A stretch of DNA of 64,000 nucleotides from Octopus vulgaris (GCA_951406725.2 OX597825.1:26846001-26910000), one strand, 5' to 3'; counted from the stretch's first letter, positions 14,116-27,046 are shown. Made by a program: numbers and translations. The notes: a model not told the origin generated them from the letters alone.

Positions 14116-14280
14116 TGGCGAGTCGGAAGAATTTCAAGCAAGTCGGAGAAATGCTTAGAAGTATTTCGTCCGCCTGTCGGTGTGGATGAAATAAGTATCA
14201 GTTGATCACTGGATTCAATGTAATCGACGTTACTTCTTCCTCGAAACTGCTAGCCTTGTGAAAAAATTTCAAACCAATAT
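14116..14280 (+). mobile_element. Highly decayed family A SINE
   Basis: gaaatgcttagaagtatttcgtcc ... ataagtatcagttg ... atgtaatcgac match the family A copies. Confidence 0.6.
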
Positions 14281-15427
14281 TGTATATAAAAGCACTTTTA
14301 CCTACTTATCTAGCCCTGTTCATTTCGTCATTTGGTTTACTTATGAATCTTTACAAAGTAAATCGTCCTAAGCTATTCGTCCTGAGTTCATATTTATAGT
14401 AACATAGAAACAATGCAAAAGTATGATGGAATTCACGAATAAAAGTGCCATTTATGAAGTCTTGTATTCAAAATATGTTTGATCTAATGCAATCTCTCTA
14501 CATAATATTATCATAGTACCTGCTATTCATTTGGTTCTAACGTGTACATGCACCTTAAAACCCCTAAAGGGCCCTAAAAGACCCCTAAAGTGAAGTATTT
14601 ATTTGTATCTTCACCCCGTATTTCGAAACAGTTTTCGATGCTTGTGATAATAACATGTATTGCGTTTCTTTACAAATTCTCAATTACGCATGTATGAGCA
14701 TAATTGTAAGGATGACCTTTTTTAGAAATGTAGAACTTGGCATCTAAGTAAGGAGGTTACTTTAGCGATTTTCAGAATTTTGAGAAAGGAAACACTAGTT
14801 TCCCAAGAAAAATAGAAACGACATCGATGAAAAGATTTTCGTATTAATTTACATATTTTCTGATTCCATAAATAAGACGGGATAACGTTTAATGCGCTTT
14901 CCTTTTTATGAATATTTGCCCTATTGATAAGAAAAGCCTGACTTTTTGTTGACTTAACATAAAATTTGAATTATTTAGCGCAGCAACAAACTGTATGATA
15001 TCGATTTCTTTTGATTTTAAATTCTCTAATTCACATACTAAAACAAATATTGTTAATTAATGAGACTATATGCGTAGCAACTTTGTATTTAGTATTTTCG
15101 CCTGATGCATCTGGTTGATAATACTTTTAATGTGAAAGCTATTTTTTAACGATCACTTCATTGACCAATTGATATCGTAAAGCATCTTGATATCTGAAAT
15201 TATGGAAACTAAATTGTCAAATAGTTTTTCCATCGTAGCGAGAGAAATGTCTGGCAAAGAATATAAATTTTCTTCGCTTTATGTGATAAATTTAGCCTTG
15301 ATTCAAAATAATTATGACCAGGGATTTAAAACCAATCCTCGTGCGCTGAAATATTCGTTATGTTCGCAATCTTTGACAGAATGCCAATCAATAAACTAGC
15401 AATCTATCTCATTATTTACATACTTAA

Positions 15428-15505
<78 letters not shown>

Positions 15506-16796
15506 CTGTCTATCTGTCTGTCTGTCTGTCTGTCTCTCGGTCTGTCTGTCAGTCTATCTGTCTGTCTGTTCGTCTGTCTATGTACCAGTATGCCTATATT
15601 TTCTGCATCCAGCATTTTGAATTTTCTCTCGACAATTTGTTTCCTGTATGATGCGTGTTGTCTTTCAGTTTCATATGTAAATTTATTCTAAACATAACAC
15701 GACATAGAAACAATGACATACGTGTATGTGTATATATATATACAGACAGACATACACATATGCTCAAAATTTTCGTTCAATGGGCAAATTGGTTATAGTT
15801 TCAAGAGGCATTGGATGATTAGTATAACTAACATGAAGACAGCTTTTATTTTCCCATTCCTTGACGCAATTACTTTGCTTTCGTGAATGGAATATTTTTG
15901 TCCGTTCCAATTATATTTTTGAACATTTTTTCTCACATTATAATTTTAAAATCCCCCTATTTTTTAAAACCACGAAATATCTCTTCCCAATTTACCATAC
16001 ATTCATTACCCTAGAGATGTATCCTTTATTATCCTCATAATCATTTTAAGAAATCAAAATGTAATTCCAAGAAATGTAATTTAGAATACAGGTAACAATC
16101 CATGTGTTCGAAATTTATACCCATTATCGCTGATATATTATATAATATTAAGTAACCCATTGAAACTTGCAGTCTGTTATGTTGGAAACATTGCTGAAAA
16201 GTTTCATATATGTTACTCGTACCATTAAGGAATATATTTATTTAACGATACTTAATGTAAGGTTCTGTGGATTATTGGGAATGTATAGATAAAGATTTTC
16301 CACGTATACCGATTGACATATATACCCTATTATGATGCTCGATGCTCACTAATAGAGTGACTTTCTCATAGGCATTGAAACATGTAGTATCACTTAAACA
16401 ACATAGGAACGTAACTTGTATATTAAATATTATAGGCTTTGCCATTCCAATGATCTTGTATGGAATTACAACTCAAAATGCTCTGTTTCTTTTAAATGCA
16501 GTGACAGAGAGTTTGGGAATATGCTTTCAATTTTTGTTATATAATACACGGTTCTTTCGTAATACCAGCGTAAAAGCATATAAAATAAAAATCCACTTAC
16601 GTTATGATTAAAAGAGAAAGACACCTCAAGTTTGAAAAAAATTATCAGTTAAATCAACATTATATTTATATAGTAACTGTTTTATATTCATTTCAAGTGT
16701 CTTTCTTTCAGACAATAATAAGGAATCGCTGTCACTCAGACCAAAATATTTTACAAGGTTGTTCAAACAATAATTTGAGGGAGGAATTCGAACTAT

Positions 16797-16954
16797 AATG
16801 TTAGCAGAAATGATGTGCTTACGAATAACGAGGAAAGGAAAGTGAGAGATAAAATATTTAGGAGTGGGATTTTGGTGGAGTTGTTAAGAAAGAAGTAAGG
16901 GAAAGAAAGTGAGGGATATAGGAGTAGAAAGTTGTAGCCTTTAAGGGAAACTAT
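16797..16954 (+). repeat. 158 bp direct repeat, copy 1
   Basis: 4 mismatches to 19534-19691. Confidence 0.95.
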
Positions 16955-17299
16955 TGTTCAATTTCGGAATCTGCCAAAATTCAATAAATATCAGCAGCAT
17001 TTGCAACGCAATCATCATCAGCTTCATCGCTAAGATTACGAATAAGAATATGAAGTCCGGTAACCAGGTTTGAGTTATTACTTAAGATCTGTTTGTAATG
17101 AGAAAATTATTAGATTTAAATTACGAATTTCATTGATTACAATTTACGTAATACTTTTCCTGATTTCACATATTACAACCTACAATAAGCAATGAGGGCA
17201 TCACTTTCTTTGTGATTCATTGAAACCAAAATGAAGTACAAATTTCCTAAATTTGTGTATGGAAAAATTGATAGATTGCATGATGTATTAAATGTCACT

Positions 17300-18541
17300 T
17301 AGCAAAGATCGACCTTGAACTGTGCATGCGCACTAAGTTCTAACGTCCTAGCTTACTTCCGCTGCTTCCAGCAGTGCATGAAAGGATCGTATGTAGCACG
17401 TGATCGTCGAATTGATAATGACAGATTTGAGCAAAAAATTTGCATAGCATTTTGCCAAAAACTTCGTGATCCCTGCTCGGAGTGGGGTGTATGAACCAAT
17501 CGTACACAAGTGTACGTTTGGTTCAGACGTTTCCAAGATAACCGAAAAATGTCAATAGAACTGAGAAAAACATCCCAGGCATGCTTGCAACTGTGAGGGG
17601 AAATCGTCGAATCACCATCCGCGCGTTATCGGAGGATGTGCAGATTAGTCACGGTTCCGTTGAATCCAATGTCACTGAAGACTTAGTTATGAGACGCCTG
17701 CTTTCAGCTGACCAAAGTGACACTCGGATCTCAGTTGTACAAGATCTCGTTGATTGTGTGGAAAACGTTTTGGAAATGGGTGATACATCGTCGACCTATA
17801 GCTATGACCTCGAAACAAAGGCTCAGCCTTCGAAGTGGAAGATTCCGATGTCTCTGAGACTGAAGAAAGCACGAATGCTTTTCTAGGTTACAAGGGGATC
17901 GTTCATGATGAGTATGTTCCCCCTGGTCAGAAAGTGAAAAAAGGAGTACTACCTATTTCTTTATTACCCACAAGGGGCTAAACATAGAGGGGACAAACAA
18001 GGACAGACAAACGGATTAAATCGATTACATCGACCCCAGTGCGGAACTGGTACTTAATTTATCGACCCCGAAAGGATGAAAGACAAAGTCGACCTCGGCG
18101 GAATTTGAACTCACAACGTAACGACAGACGAAATACCGCTAAGCATTTCATCCGGCGTGCTAACGTTTCTGCCAGCTCGCCGCCTTCTAAGGACATGCTG
18201 AAAAAGGAGTACTACCGTGACGTTTTGCGGCGTTTGTGGGATGCTATTTGTCGAAAAAAGCCACAATTGCATGACAAGCGAGATTTGATTCCATAAACCA
18301 AATCCCACTTGAAAGGAGGAATATTTCAGGACATCGAGGAAATCAAGGTGAATGTGATGAAGCAGCTGCTGATCATCCCAGAAAACGAGTTCCAAGAATG
18401 TTTCCATCAATAAAAGCAGTGCGGAGTTGAGTGTATCGCTTCCAAGGTGGACTACTTTGAAGGAGATCAAATGTCAGTTTGGCATGTGTTGTAGCTCTGT
18501 TTTTATAGTACCAGTCTCGATACTTATTCTAAGATATCGTA
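17300..18541 (+). mobile_element. Decayed mariner transposon interrupted by a SINE
   Basis: Transposase fragments EQKICIAFCQKL, VRGNRRITIRALSEDVQIS, YSYDLETKAQPSKWKIPMS..KKAR, GIVHDEYVPPGQKVKKEYY/RDVLRRL, FQDIEEIK, SQGGLL/YFEGD; left boundary approximate. Confidence 0.9.
17954..18184 (-). mobile_element. Family A SINE (tail type 2) inserted in the mariner
   Basis: Full head GGCGGCGAGCTGGCAGAAACGTTAGC; 16 bp TSD aaaaaggagtactacc at 17938-17953 and 18201-18216. Confidence 0.95.
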
Positions 18542-19533
18542 TTCTAAGGACATGCTGAATTTCTCCCTCGAACACTTGACCCCACAACAGTACTGTTTAC
18601 AGAGTTTTAAATGCAACGTTCAGTAGAAGCAATGTTATAAATTCGATGAGTAGAGAATTGCATGAAAGCGCAAACTAAATATTTAAAAAAATCCAGCCGA
18701 AACACATTAAGCGAAATGTGTTTGGGGAACATATATACCTATGCGTGTATATCAATAAATATACATCTGTCTATATGTGTGTGTGTCTGTGTGCATCTAT
18801 CTATATGTGTGTGTGTGAGTGTAATTGTAAGATCCAAATATCTTAGTGCAGTCCGTGGTATGCAAATAGAACAACGTTCAGGCACAACAATAATAATCTA
18901 TTGGTGTCGAAGGTTGTAGGCTTCTCTGATATCGAATTACGATAAGCTGGAAAAATTTATGTATAGCGCACGGTTAACAACTAGAGTTATTATGAATGCG
19001 AATAAAAATCCAAATTGCGGGAGTGAATAGGTAAAATCTGGCAACATATATTTCGTAGCTTGCATATCCCCTGATGTAATAATTACCCAACGAGTTAGCT
19101 ACACTTTAGGCCTAAGATAGCTTAATTATTTGAAGCTTACATCTTCATTTGGAAATCTCAAGTTAACTCACCGAAGATGCGATTTGAAAGCCAGAAGAAC
19201 AGAAGAAAAACATTAAATTAAATTTTAGAAAAATAATGAAAGAATATAAAAACAAAATAAATAATAAATGCTTAAAGAAAACAAATATTTCAAGAAATAA
19301 TATGGTCAGCAAATAAGGAAAGTGAGGGAAGAGAACAAATGTTTGAGAGTGGGGAATCATATAGAGTTGTGAACAATAAAGAAAAGAATAGTGGGGAAGA
19401 AAGCGGGTTCTTAGTGTGGATGGATGTGGACTTTAAGGAGGAAGGCCGTTATGAATATTAAGCTGGAAAGTGTTTACTTCGTCAAGAATAAACAAATACT
19501 CATACATACGCATTTCTACAGAATAAAAAGATG

Positions 19534-19691
19534 AATGTTAGCAGAAATGATGTGCTTACGAATAACGAGGAAAGGAAAGTGAGAGATAAGATATTTAGGA
19601 GTGGGATTTTGGTGGAGTTGTTAAGAAAGAAGTAAGGGAAAGAAAGTGTGGGATATAGAAGTAGAAAGTTGTAGCCTTTAAGGGGAACTAT
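19534..19691 (+). repeat. 158 bp direct repeat, copy 2
   Basis: 4 mismatches to 16797-16954. Confidence 0.95.
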
Positions 19692-20069
19692 ATTAGGCTT
19701 AAGTGGAACCGGTCACTTACATATATACATACACAGATAGAGAGCCGTACATACATACAAACATACGTACAATATATATCAAAATTCAGGTGAATAAGGT
19801 ACTTAAATAGTAAGGCAAGTGGTCGGGTCAAAATTGGAATGCATACACAGTAACTATAGGCGAATAAAAGCATTGGTACCGTAGTGTAGGGAGATAGATA
19901 TTCAGGCTACGTATAAAATTATTTGAACCCAACTGAGTATATCACCAGCCCTTGGGCTAATTCGGAAAGGCACATTATATTAAATATGCGGTCAATGATA
20001 TGCTTGAGAAGATACGATGGACTGGTTCCGAGAGAGATGAATCATAAATATATAGCAAACGATAAATAG

Positions 20070-20159
20070 GTGCCACTCCATTACAGCTGTTTCCAACGAT
20101 TTATTTAATTGAATAATGAGTACATTACGTCATTACATGTTTTCTTCAGATGAATGCAC
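20070..20159 (-). ncRNA. Type I hammerhead-ribozyme-like motif with palindromic stem III, partly decayed
   Basis: Minus strand gtgcattcat-CTGAAGA-(49 nt)-GAAAC-AGCT-GTA-atggagtggcac; stem I pairs, stem II is weak. Confidence 0.55.
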
Positions 20160-21195
20160 TAACCATAACCATACAATTAAGGACATTTATAAAAATTTTG
20201 AATCCATATCATGCGCATATTTAGTGATTTTACGATCAACGCTGGTCACATATATACAATGCATATCTACATCTCAAAGAAAGTTCAGTCACAATCGAAT
20301 TGCGACAGATTCGTTCCAACTGTGTACTTGGAAATGTACAATACCCCCTATCGTACCTTGTCCTATAATTATCTACTATTCCAAGCACAACTTTTGCAGT
20401 GTAATTGCAAACCTGACGCATACACGCTGCTATACAGGGACACATATAAACACGTCCACTCTCACACAATTAGCTAAGACTACTTAATTGTATTATGAAG
20501 ATATTAAATGTCCATTTAGCTTAATTAATTAAAATTAAGTACTTGTGGAAAACCATTCGTGCAACCATGTAGATGTTATCATAAATTCTTAATATGTTGA
20601 TCTCTTCCACCGTCTCTGTGTCCGCCTGTCTAAAATTATAGTCTATTCGTTTCCATCTCTTTATCCACCCTATCTATATCACTAGCTATTATTCTCACTT
20701 TCTAGTTTAACATCTTATTAAATATGGCAGCCATAGAATCTATAGAATGTCGGCTTGTGAATGTAGCATCAAGCTTAACGCAATTTATCTTCTACTTCAT
20801 TTGATGAATGGTTATGTATGCAGTATCCAGTTTAGCTAATCAATCATTAATGGCTTTATTACAAGATTGTGAACAAGCAGCATGTCTTCTCTCTTAAACG
20901 ACGGACATATAGTCATACGGGATATATTCATCACCACCATTGAATAACTTCAGAAAGGCATCCGTGTTCCGGATAAGCGTCTTAGAACATATTTATAAAT
21001 ATATTAAATTAAAATATGAATTACATTAATAGCATGTAAAGATCGAAAATGAATTATGTCACTTAGTGACCCTCTCGGTAATTTTCTTCCTGCATACATG
21101 TGTGAGTATTTGTCTTTGTGTATACGGTTGTGCATTCTCCTAAATATTATTTATAATTTGCGCTCCTATATGTATGCATGTACACACACACACAT

Positions 21196-21248
<53 letters not shown>

Positions 21249-21361
21249 TCAGAATGTGGTTATATTCAGAATGAATTTTTTTCTGAATATAACCGCAATT
21301 ATTTATTCATATCTGATTCTATATTCGTGTGTATGTTTTTAATTAGCTATGCTAATTACTC

Positions 21362-21900
21362 ATTTACTTGTTTCACTCATTGAATCGCGCCATACCTAGG
21401 TAGCATCTTGAATAATTTTAGCTGAAAGAATTGACCCCCTGTACTTATTTTTGCTTCTAAGTCTGGTACTCACTTTATCGCCCATTTTTACCGAAAAGTT
21501 AAGTTAGGCTGCATAACCAAACCAGTAAACAATGGCGAAGGACACACACAATGATATACACACCCATACAAAAACACACGCATTCGCACACGCATACTCA
21601 CACACACGAACGCTCACACACACATGCACACACACGCATGCACACACACACTCCTACACATGTACATACACATATAATATACATTAGATATATAAACATA
21701 TATACATAAAATATACGTATAGGAATGTATATGAGTTTACTTAGTTCTCTTTCAGTTTCGGTCTACCAAATCCACTCTTCAGACTTCGGTCGTCTCGAGG
21801 CAATAGTAGACGTCGCAAGCTCTCCATGCAATGGTTTTGAGCCCGCTTCCAGATACGTGCAACTAAAATTCTTATCGTGTAACTTCACATGTTCCTGTAT
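21362..21900 (-). mobile_element. Decayed family B SINE with internal CA repeat
   Basis: tttacttgtttcactcattga ... ctttcagtttcggtctaccaaatccactc match 31879-32299. Confidence 0.75.
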
Positions 21901-22552
21901 CTGTATAATTTATTTCAACAGATACAGGGTTCATTTAATATCCCCCATATCATTGTTTGTGCTGTGCCTAAATTTTTGCAGAATTACATAGAATACATTG
22001 ATTAAGTACAACAGTTTCGCATCCCTTATTAAATAATGAGTTCTGGCTAATTTACTCCCACGGATCAGTCGTCAGTAATTATTATTTTCTATTGGGATGC
22101 GATTCGTCAATAGCGTATAGAACATTATATGGAAATCTGAACAATTGTTTTCTTTAGATACCGAAGTGTTAATATATATTCATTATCATTCCAGGATGCA
22201 CGTGATAGATTTGTTGTTATTCCCTGTGACAACACTTTATAAGCTTACCAGACTTGGAAATCTGCCTGTTGTTCACCGAATCTTAGACTTTATAATTGTG
22301 ACAGATTTCAGAATATGGAACTGCATTGCAGTGTGGGCCAAAGTAGATAACTGCAACGAAAATGTCTCTTATACAAAGAAACTTTATGAATGAAAACGTT
22401 TGTAAAAATACTGTTAAATCAGTATCTCTAAATAAACATAGTAATTATAATTCTATCAATTAACATAGCAGGACAACCGCAACTATTGAGATAACGTATT
22501 TAACATAAATTTGATAACGTATTGTATAGCAAAAATTATAAGATTAATGTTT

Positions 22553-22926
22553 GGAATGGAAGCACTCCGTCGGTTACGACGACGAGTATTCCGGTTGATC
22601 CGATCAACGGAACAGTCTGATCGTAAAATTAACGTGTAAGTGGCTGAGCACTTCAAAGACACGTGTACCCTTAACGTAATTCTCGGAGATATTCAGTGTG
22701 ACACAGAGAGTGACAAGGCCGGCCCTGTGAAATACAGGTACAACAGAAACAGGAAGTAAGAGTGAGAGAAAGTTGTGGTGAAAGAGTACTGCAGGGTTCA
22801 CCACCATCCCTACCGGAGTCTCGTGGAGCTTTAGGTGTTTTCTCACAACGCCCGGTCTGGGAATCGAAACCGCGATCCTACGACCGCGAGTCCGCTGCCC
22901 TAACCACTGAGCCATTGCGGCTCCAC
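22553..22926 (-). mobile_element. Full-length tRNA-derived SINE, family D, with 11 bp TSD
   Basis: Head TGGCTCAGTGGTTAGG...GGTTTCGATTCCC on the minus strand; TSD gattaatgttt at 22542-22552 and 22927-22937. Confidence 0.92.
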
Positions 22927-23975
22927 GATTAATGTTTATGATCCTGCTAAATAACATAGACAGGCAATATTTTTTCAATATCTGTAAACGATACAACCCT
23001 CTACCAATCCATCCATCCATATATACATACTCACAAATACATACAAACTCACAAGCAAATACATGCAGACATACATAGATACGTACATACATGCGCCACG
23101 AGCAAAGTATGGCTGAACTCGGGATCTTAGGGCGAGATGCAGATCTTTAATTCATACGTTACAATTTCTGATGATATCTGGGACTATGAAAATCTGAAAG
23201 ACCTTAAAATTTAAAGGTTGATGGTCGAAAAAAAACGCTTTCCTGCACAACCTTCTACCCAAGTACACTAAATTAAAAAGAGAAAGAGAACACACACAAC
23301 ACACATACACGAATCTAGAAATAGCTACATCATTTATTCTATTATCTTGGTTTCAGTTTTAGTATTATCACAACGGCATACTTGCAATTGTATAATATTA
23401 TGATTGTTGCTAAGTTAAACGAAGAATTCATGTATTTTGGGATTAGTAATGGGATATTACCCTAAGGCTAAGATTTGTAAATTAATATGCTTGCGTATTT
23501 TAGATTAAATTTCTAATTAATTCCACGTCGCAGAACACGTTCTTTACCATTGAGATACAATATCTACTTTGTGATATACGATTGACTCTAATATGGAATT
23601 ATTTAAGAAAGAGTTTGTCTTAATAATAATGGAGTAAGATTTATACATTTTAGTGTATCCGAATCTAATTTAGAATAGATTGCTTTGACATAAGTAGATA
23701 TAGGGCTGATCCTGCTAATTTTATAAGGCTAAAGCGTAATCGGTCTTCATTAATATATGTTCCAGTCATCAACAATTTCGTATAAAGTATTGAATTAGTA
23801 GTATCTGTAAGTGCATATCCATGATGATTGCTTGAGGGGAATCCATCAATCATCTGGCTAAATATTATAATGATACATTAACAACTGACATCGTGTATAG
23901 AATATATTATAGGAGAGCAAAGGTAATACACATAAATGGAAAAATGCGCAACGAAATTATATACATACTCTCTCT

Positions 23976-24012
<37 letters not shown>

Positions 24013-24055
24013 GTGTGTTAGTGTTTGTGTTTGTGTGTATATATATATACATATA

Positions 24056-24236
24056 GGGAAAGTTTACGAAATAAAAACAAATGACGAAGTCGGGTGGTGT
24101 ACAAAACAAAGAGATGTATTATTATAGCGCTCAGGAATAGAAAACGTCCTTTACGTTTCGAGCTTAAGCTCTTCTACAGAAAGGTACACAGAAAAAAAAG
24201 GAGAGAAAAACATATGTGTGTATTGGCTAACGATCT

Positions 24237-24240
<4 letters not shown>
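24056..24240 (-). mobile_element. Short Penelope-like insert in (TA)n, copy 2
   Basis: Homologous to 7940-8110; TA repeat on both sides. Confidence 0.7.
24148..24184 (-). ncRNA. Minimal hammerhead-ribozyme-like motif with variant core
   Basis: Minus strand CCTTT-CTGTAGA-A-GAGC(TTAA)GCTC-GAAACGTA-AAGG. Confidence 0.55.
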
Positions 24241-24310
<70 letters not shown>

Positions 24311-24394
24311 TTAACAAATACCTTTAACGGTATTTTTTAATATGCTGGCCATTGATAGAATTTTTTTCGAAAAATTCTATATACATTTGATATA

Positions 24395-24434
<40 letters not shown>

Positions 24435-24480
24435 AATCAATAAATTGTGGGGTTGTGTTGACCGCACGTGAAGAAATGAT

Positions 24481-24656
24481 AGGCAAGGAAAAATTATAAA
24501 AAAGCAGAATGCTACATTGGAGGTAAATTTTAATGAAAATGGGTGTATGGAAAAATTTTTTAAATTTTAAAAAATTAATATGTATTTTTTCATACACCCA
24601 TTTTCATTAAAATTTACCTTCAATTTAGCATTCTGCCTTTTTATAAATTTTCGTTG

Positions 24657-24710
<54 letters not shown>

Positions 24711-24798
24711 GGCAACGAAAATTTATAAAAAGGCAGAACGCTAAATTGAAGGTAAATTTTAATGAAAATGGGTGTATGAAAAAATACATATCAATTTT
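24481..24798. repeat. Triplicated ~75-89 bp segment: forward 24481-24555, reverse 24571-24659, forward 24710-24798
   Basis: Copies 2 and 3 are reverse complements with 2 mismatches around (CT)n(TA)n; copy 1 is more diverged. Confidence 0.95.
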
Positions 24799-25132
24799 AA
24801 TGAAGCTATTGTGATATCCTCTGCCTATGTTTAAATATAATTGTTATCAAATTGGTAGCAATATTAGTGAGAGTGAGAAAGAGAGAGTGACAGAGACAGA
24901 GGTTAAAAGGCGGTAGCTGACAGTATCTTTAGCAGAGCCATAAAATGATTGGTAGCAGGTTTAAATTCTGTTGAGGACGATCTTTCGGTTGACAAACTGG
25001 ATATAGTTTGAATAGTGTGTACAATGGAATTACTTGAGTTGTACCAAAATTTGAAATATTATTAGAGATTCAATCTGTACTGAATGTACATATATACATA
25101 TATACATAATTATACATTTGTATGTATTTATG

Positions 25133-25190
<58 letters not shown>

Positions 25191-25528
25191 CATAAATACA
25201 TACAAATGTATAATTATGTATATATGTATATATGTACATTCAGTACAGATTGAATCTCTAATAATATTTCAAATTTTGGTACAACTCAAGTAATTCCATT
25301 GTACACACTATTCAAACTATATCCAGTTTGTCAACCGAAAGATCGTCCTCAACAGAATTTAAACCTGCTACCAATCATTTTATGGCTCTGCTAAAGATAC
25401 TGTCAGCTACCGCCTTTTAACCTCTGTCTCTGTCACTCTCTCTTTCTCACTCTCACTAATATTGCTACCAATTTGATAACAATTATATTTAAAAATAGGC
25501 AGAGGATATCACAATAGCTTCATTAAAA
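24795..25528. repeat. 734 bp near-perfect palindrome centred on (TA)n
   Basis: Arms are reverse complements with one mismatch seen; identical ORFs at 25030..25239(-) and 25084..25293(+). Confidence 0.98.
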
Positions 25529-25638
25529 AGAAAACGATAACATGACCTACAGCTTCAGGAATTTTCAAGATACTTCCAGACATAGTTCCTTCAAAAATTT
25601 TATATAAAACACTGTGTGGAATAGAAAGAAGACAGTGG

Positions 25639-25830
<192 letters not shown>

Positions 25831-26775
25831 AGTCACATATGCAGCTACATACGAGTGACATACTGTAGTGAATAGAAGAAACGTACTGTGTTCCTGTAAT
25901 TTACACTGAGCCCTGCTGACTAATTTCATTTTGTCGTATACGTGTGTGTGCTCTGTGTGTGTGTGCTCTGTGAGTGTGTGCTCTGTGTGTGTGTCTCTCC
26001 CTCTCTCTCTCTCTCTCGCTTCCTATACACACACACACGCATATATATATATATATGCACGCACACACATACACACACACACAATCACACACACATATAT
26101 ATATATGATTATATATGTGTGAAAATTTGGGGGCTGAAATATTTTACAGAGTTTACTCGGAGTTTCCCGTAACCGGTCATAAGGAACCCTTGAATATTTG
26201 GAAAAGTACATTGACATCTATAAGCAGTGTAGTCATTATTGTTTAGCAACTTAGCGAATAGGAATGATTGGACAAGACATTATTCATTTTCAAAATATTG
26301 GTGCCTTTTGGTGGAAGAAAAACAAACACTTTCTCCAAACGGGAAAAGGGAAGCATAAATATGAAACGTGAGAAGAAATTTGGTTTTAAAATGGACAATA
26401 CGTGTGGTGTTGACAATGAGTAGCTTTTGACTTTAAGATAGAAATTTTATAAATATTCACAAACTTAAAAGACTACAAATTCTAATAAATTGGCCTTCTC
26501 TAATTACATTGAAAAGAATAAAATTATACGATTCAGAAAATTATCACCGTCCTATTTGAGTTTATAAAAGACAGATTTAGCTCAGGTAAAATGAGTCAGC
26601 TGAGATTAGGTAAGTTGGATTCTTTAATTCTCCAAAATTACATTTTAAAATGGACTCATACACATCGATATCCATTCTCATACCTAAAGTTTTCTGTACG
26701 TCGTAAAAATACTATTCATACAAATACTACTCATACAAGCACTGTTTATTTGTAACGTTTATTAAAATAAGACAA

Positions 26776-26777
<2 letters not shown>

Positions 26778-26841
<64 letters not shown>

Positions 26842-26877
26842 GTAATAATAATGATAATAATAATAATAATGATGATG

Positions 26878-26952
<75 letters not shown>

Positions 26953-26988
26953 GTAATAATAATGATAATAATAATAATAATGATGATG

Positions 26989-27046
<58 letters not shown>

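Noticed and set aside
16797-19691. LTR retrotransposon or composite transposon bounded by the 158 bp repeats
   Set aside because: No TG..CA pair, PBS, PPT, outer TSD or gag/pol remnants; the interior is an unrelated mariner and unique DNA
22850-22926. tRNA gene
   Set aside because: It is the tRNA-like head of a SINE with body and TSD; no complete cloverleaf is evident
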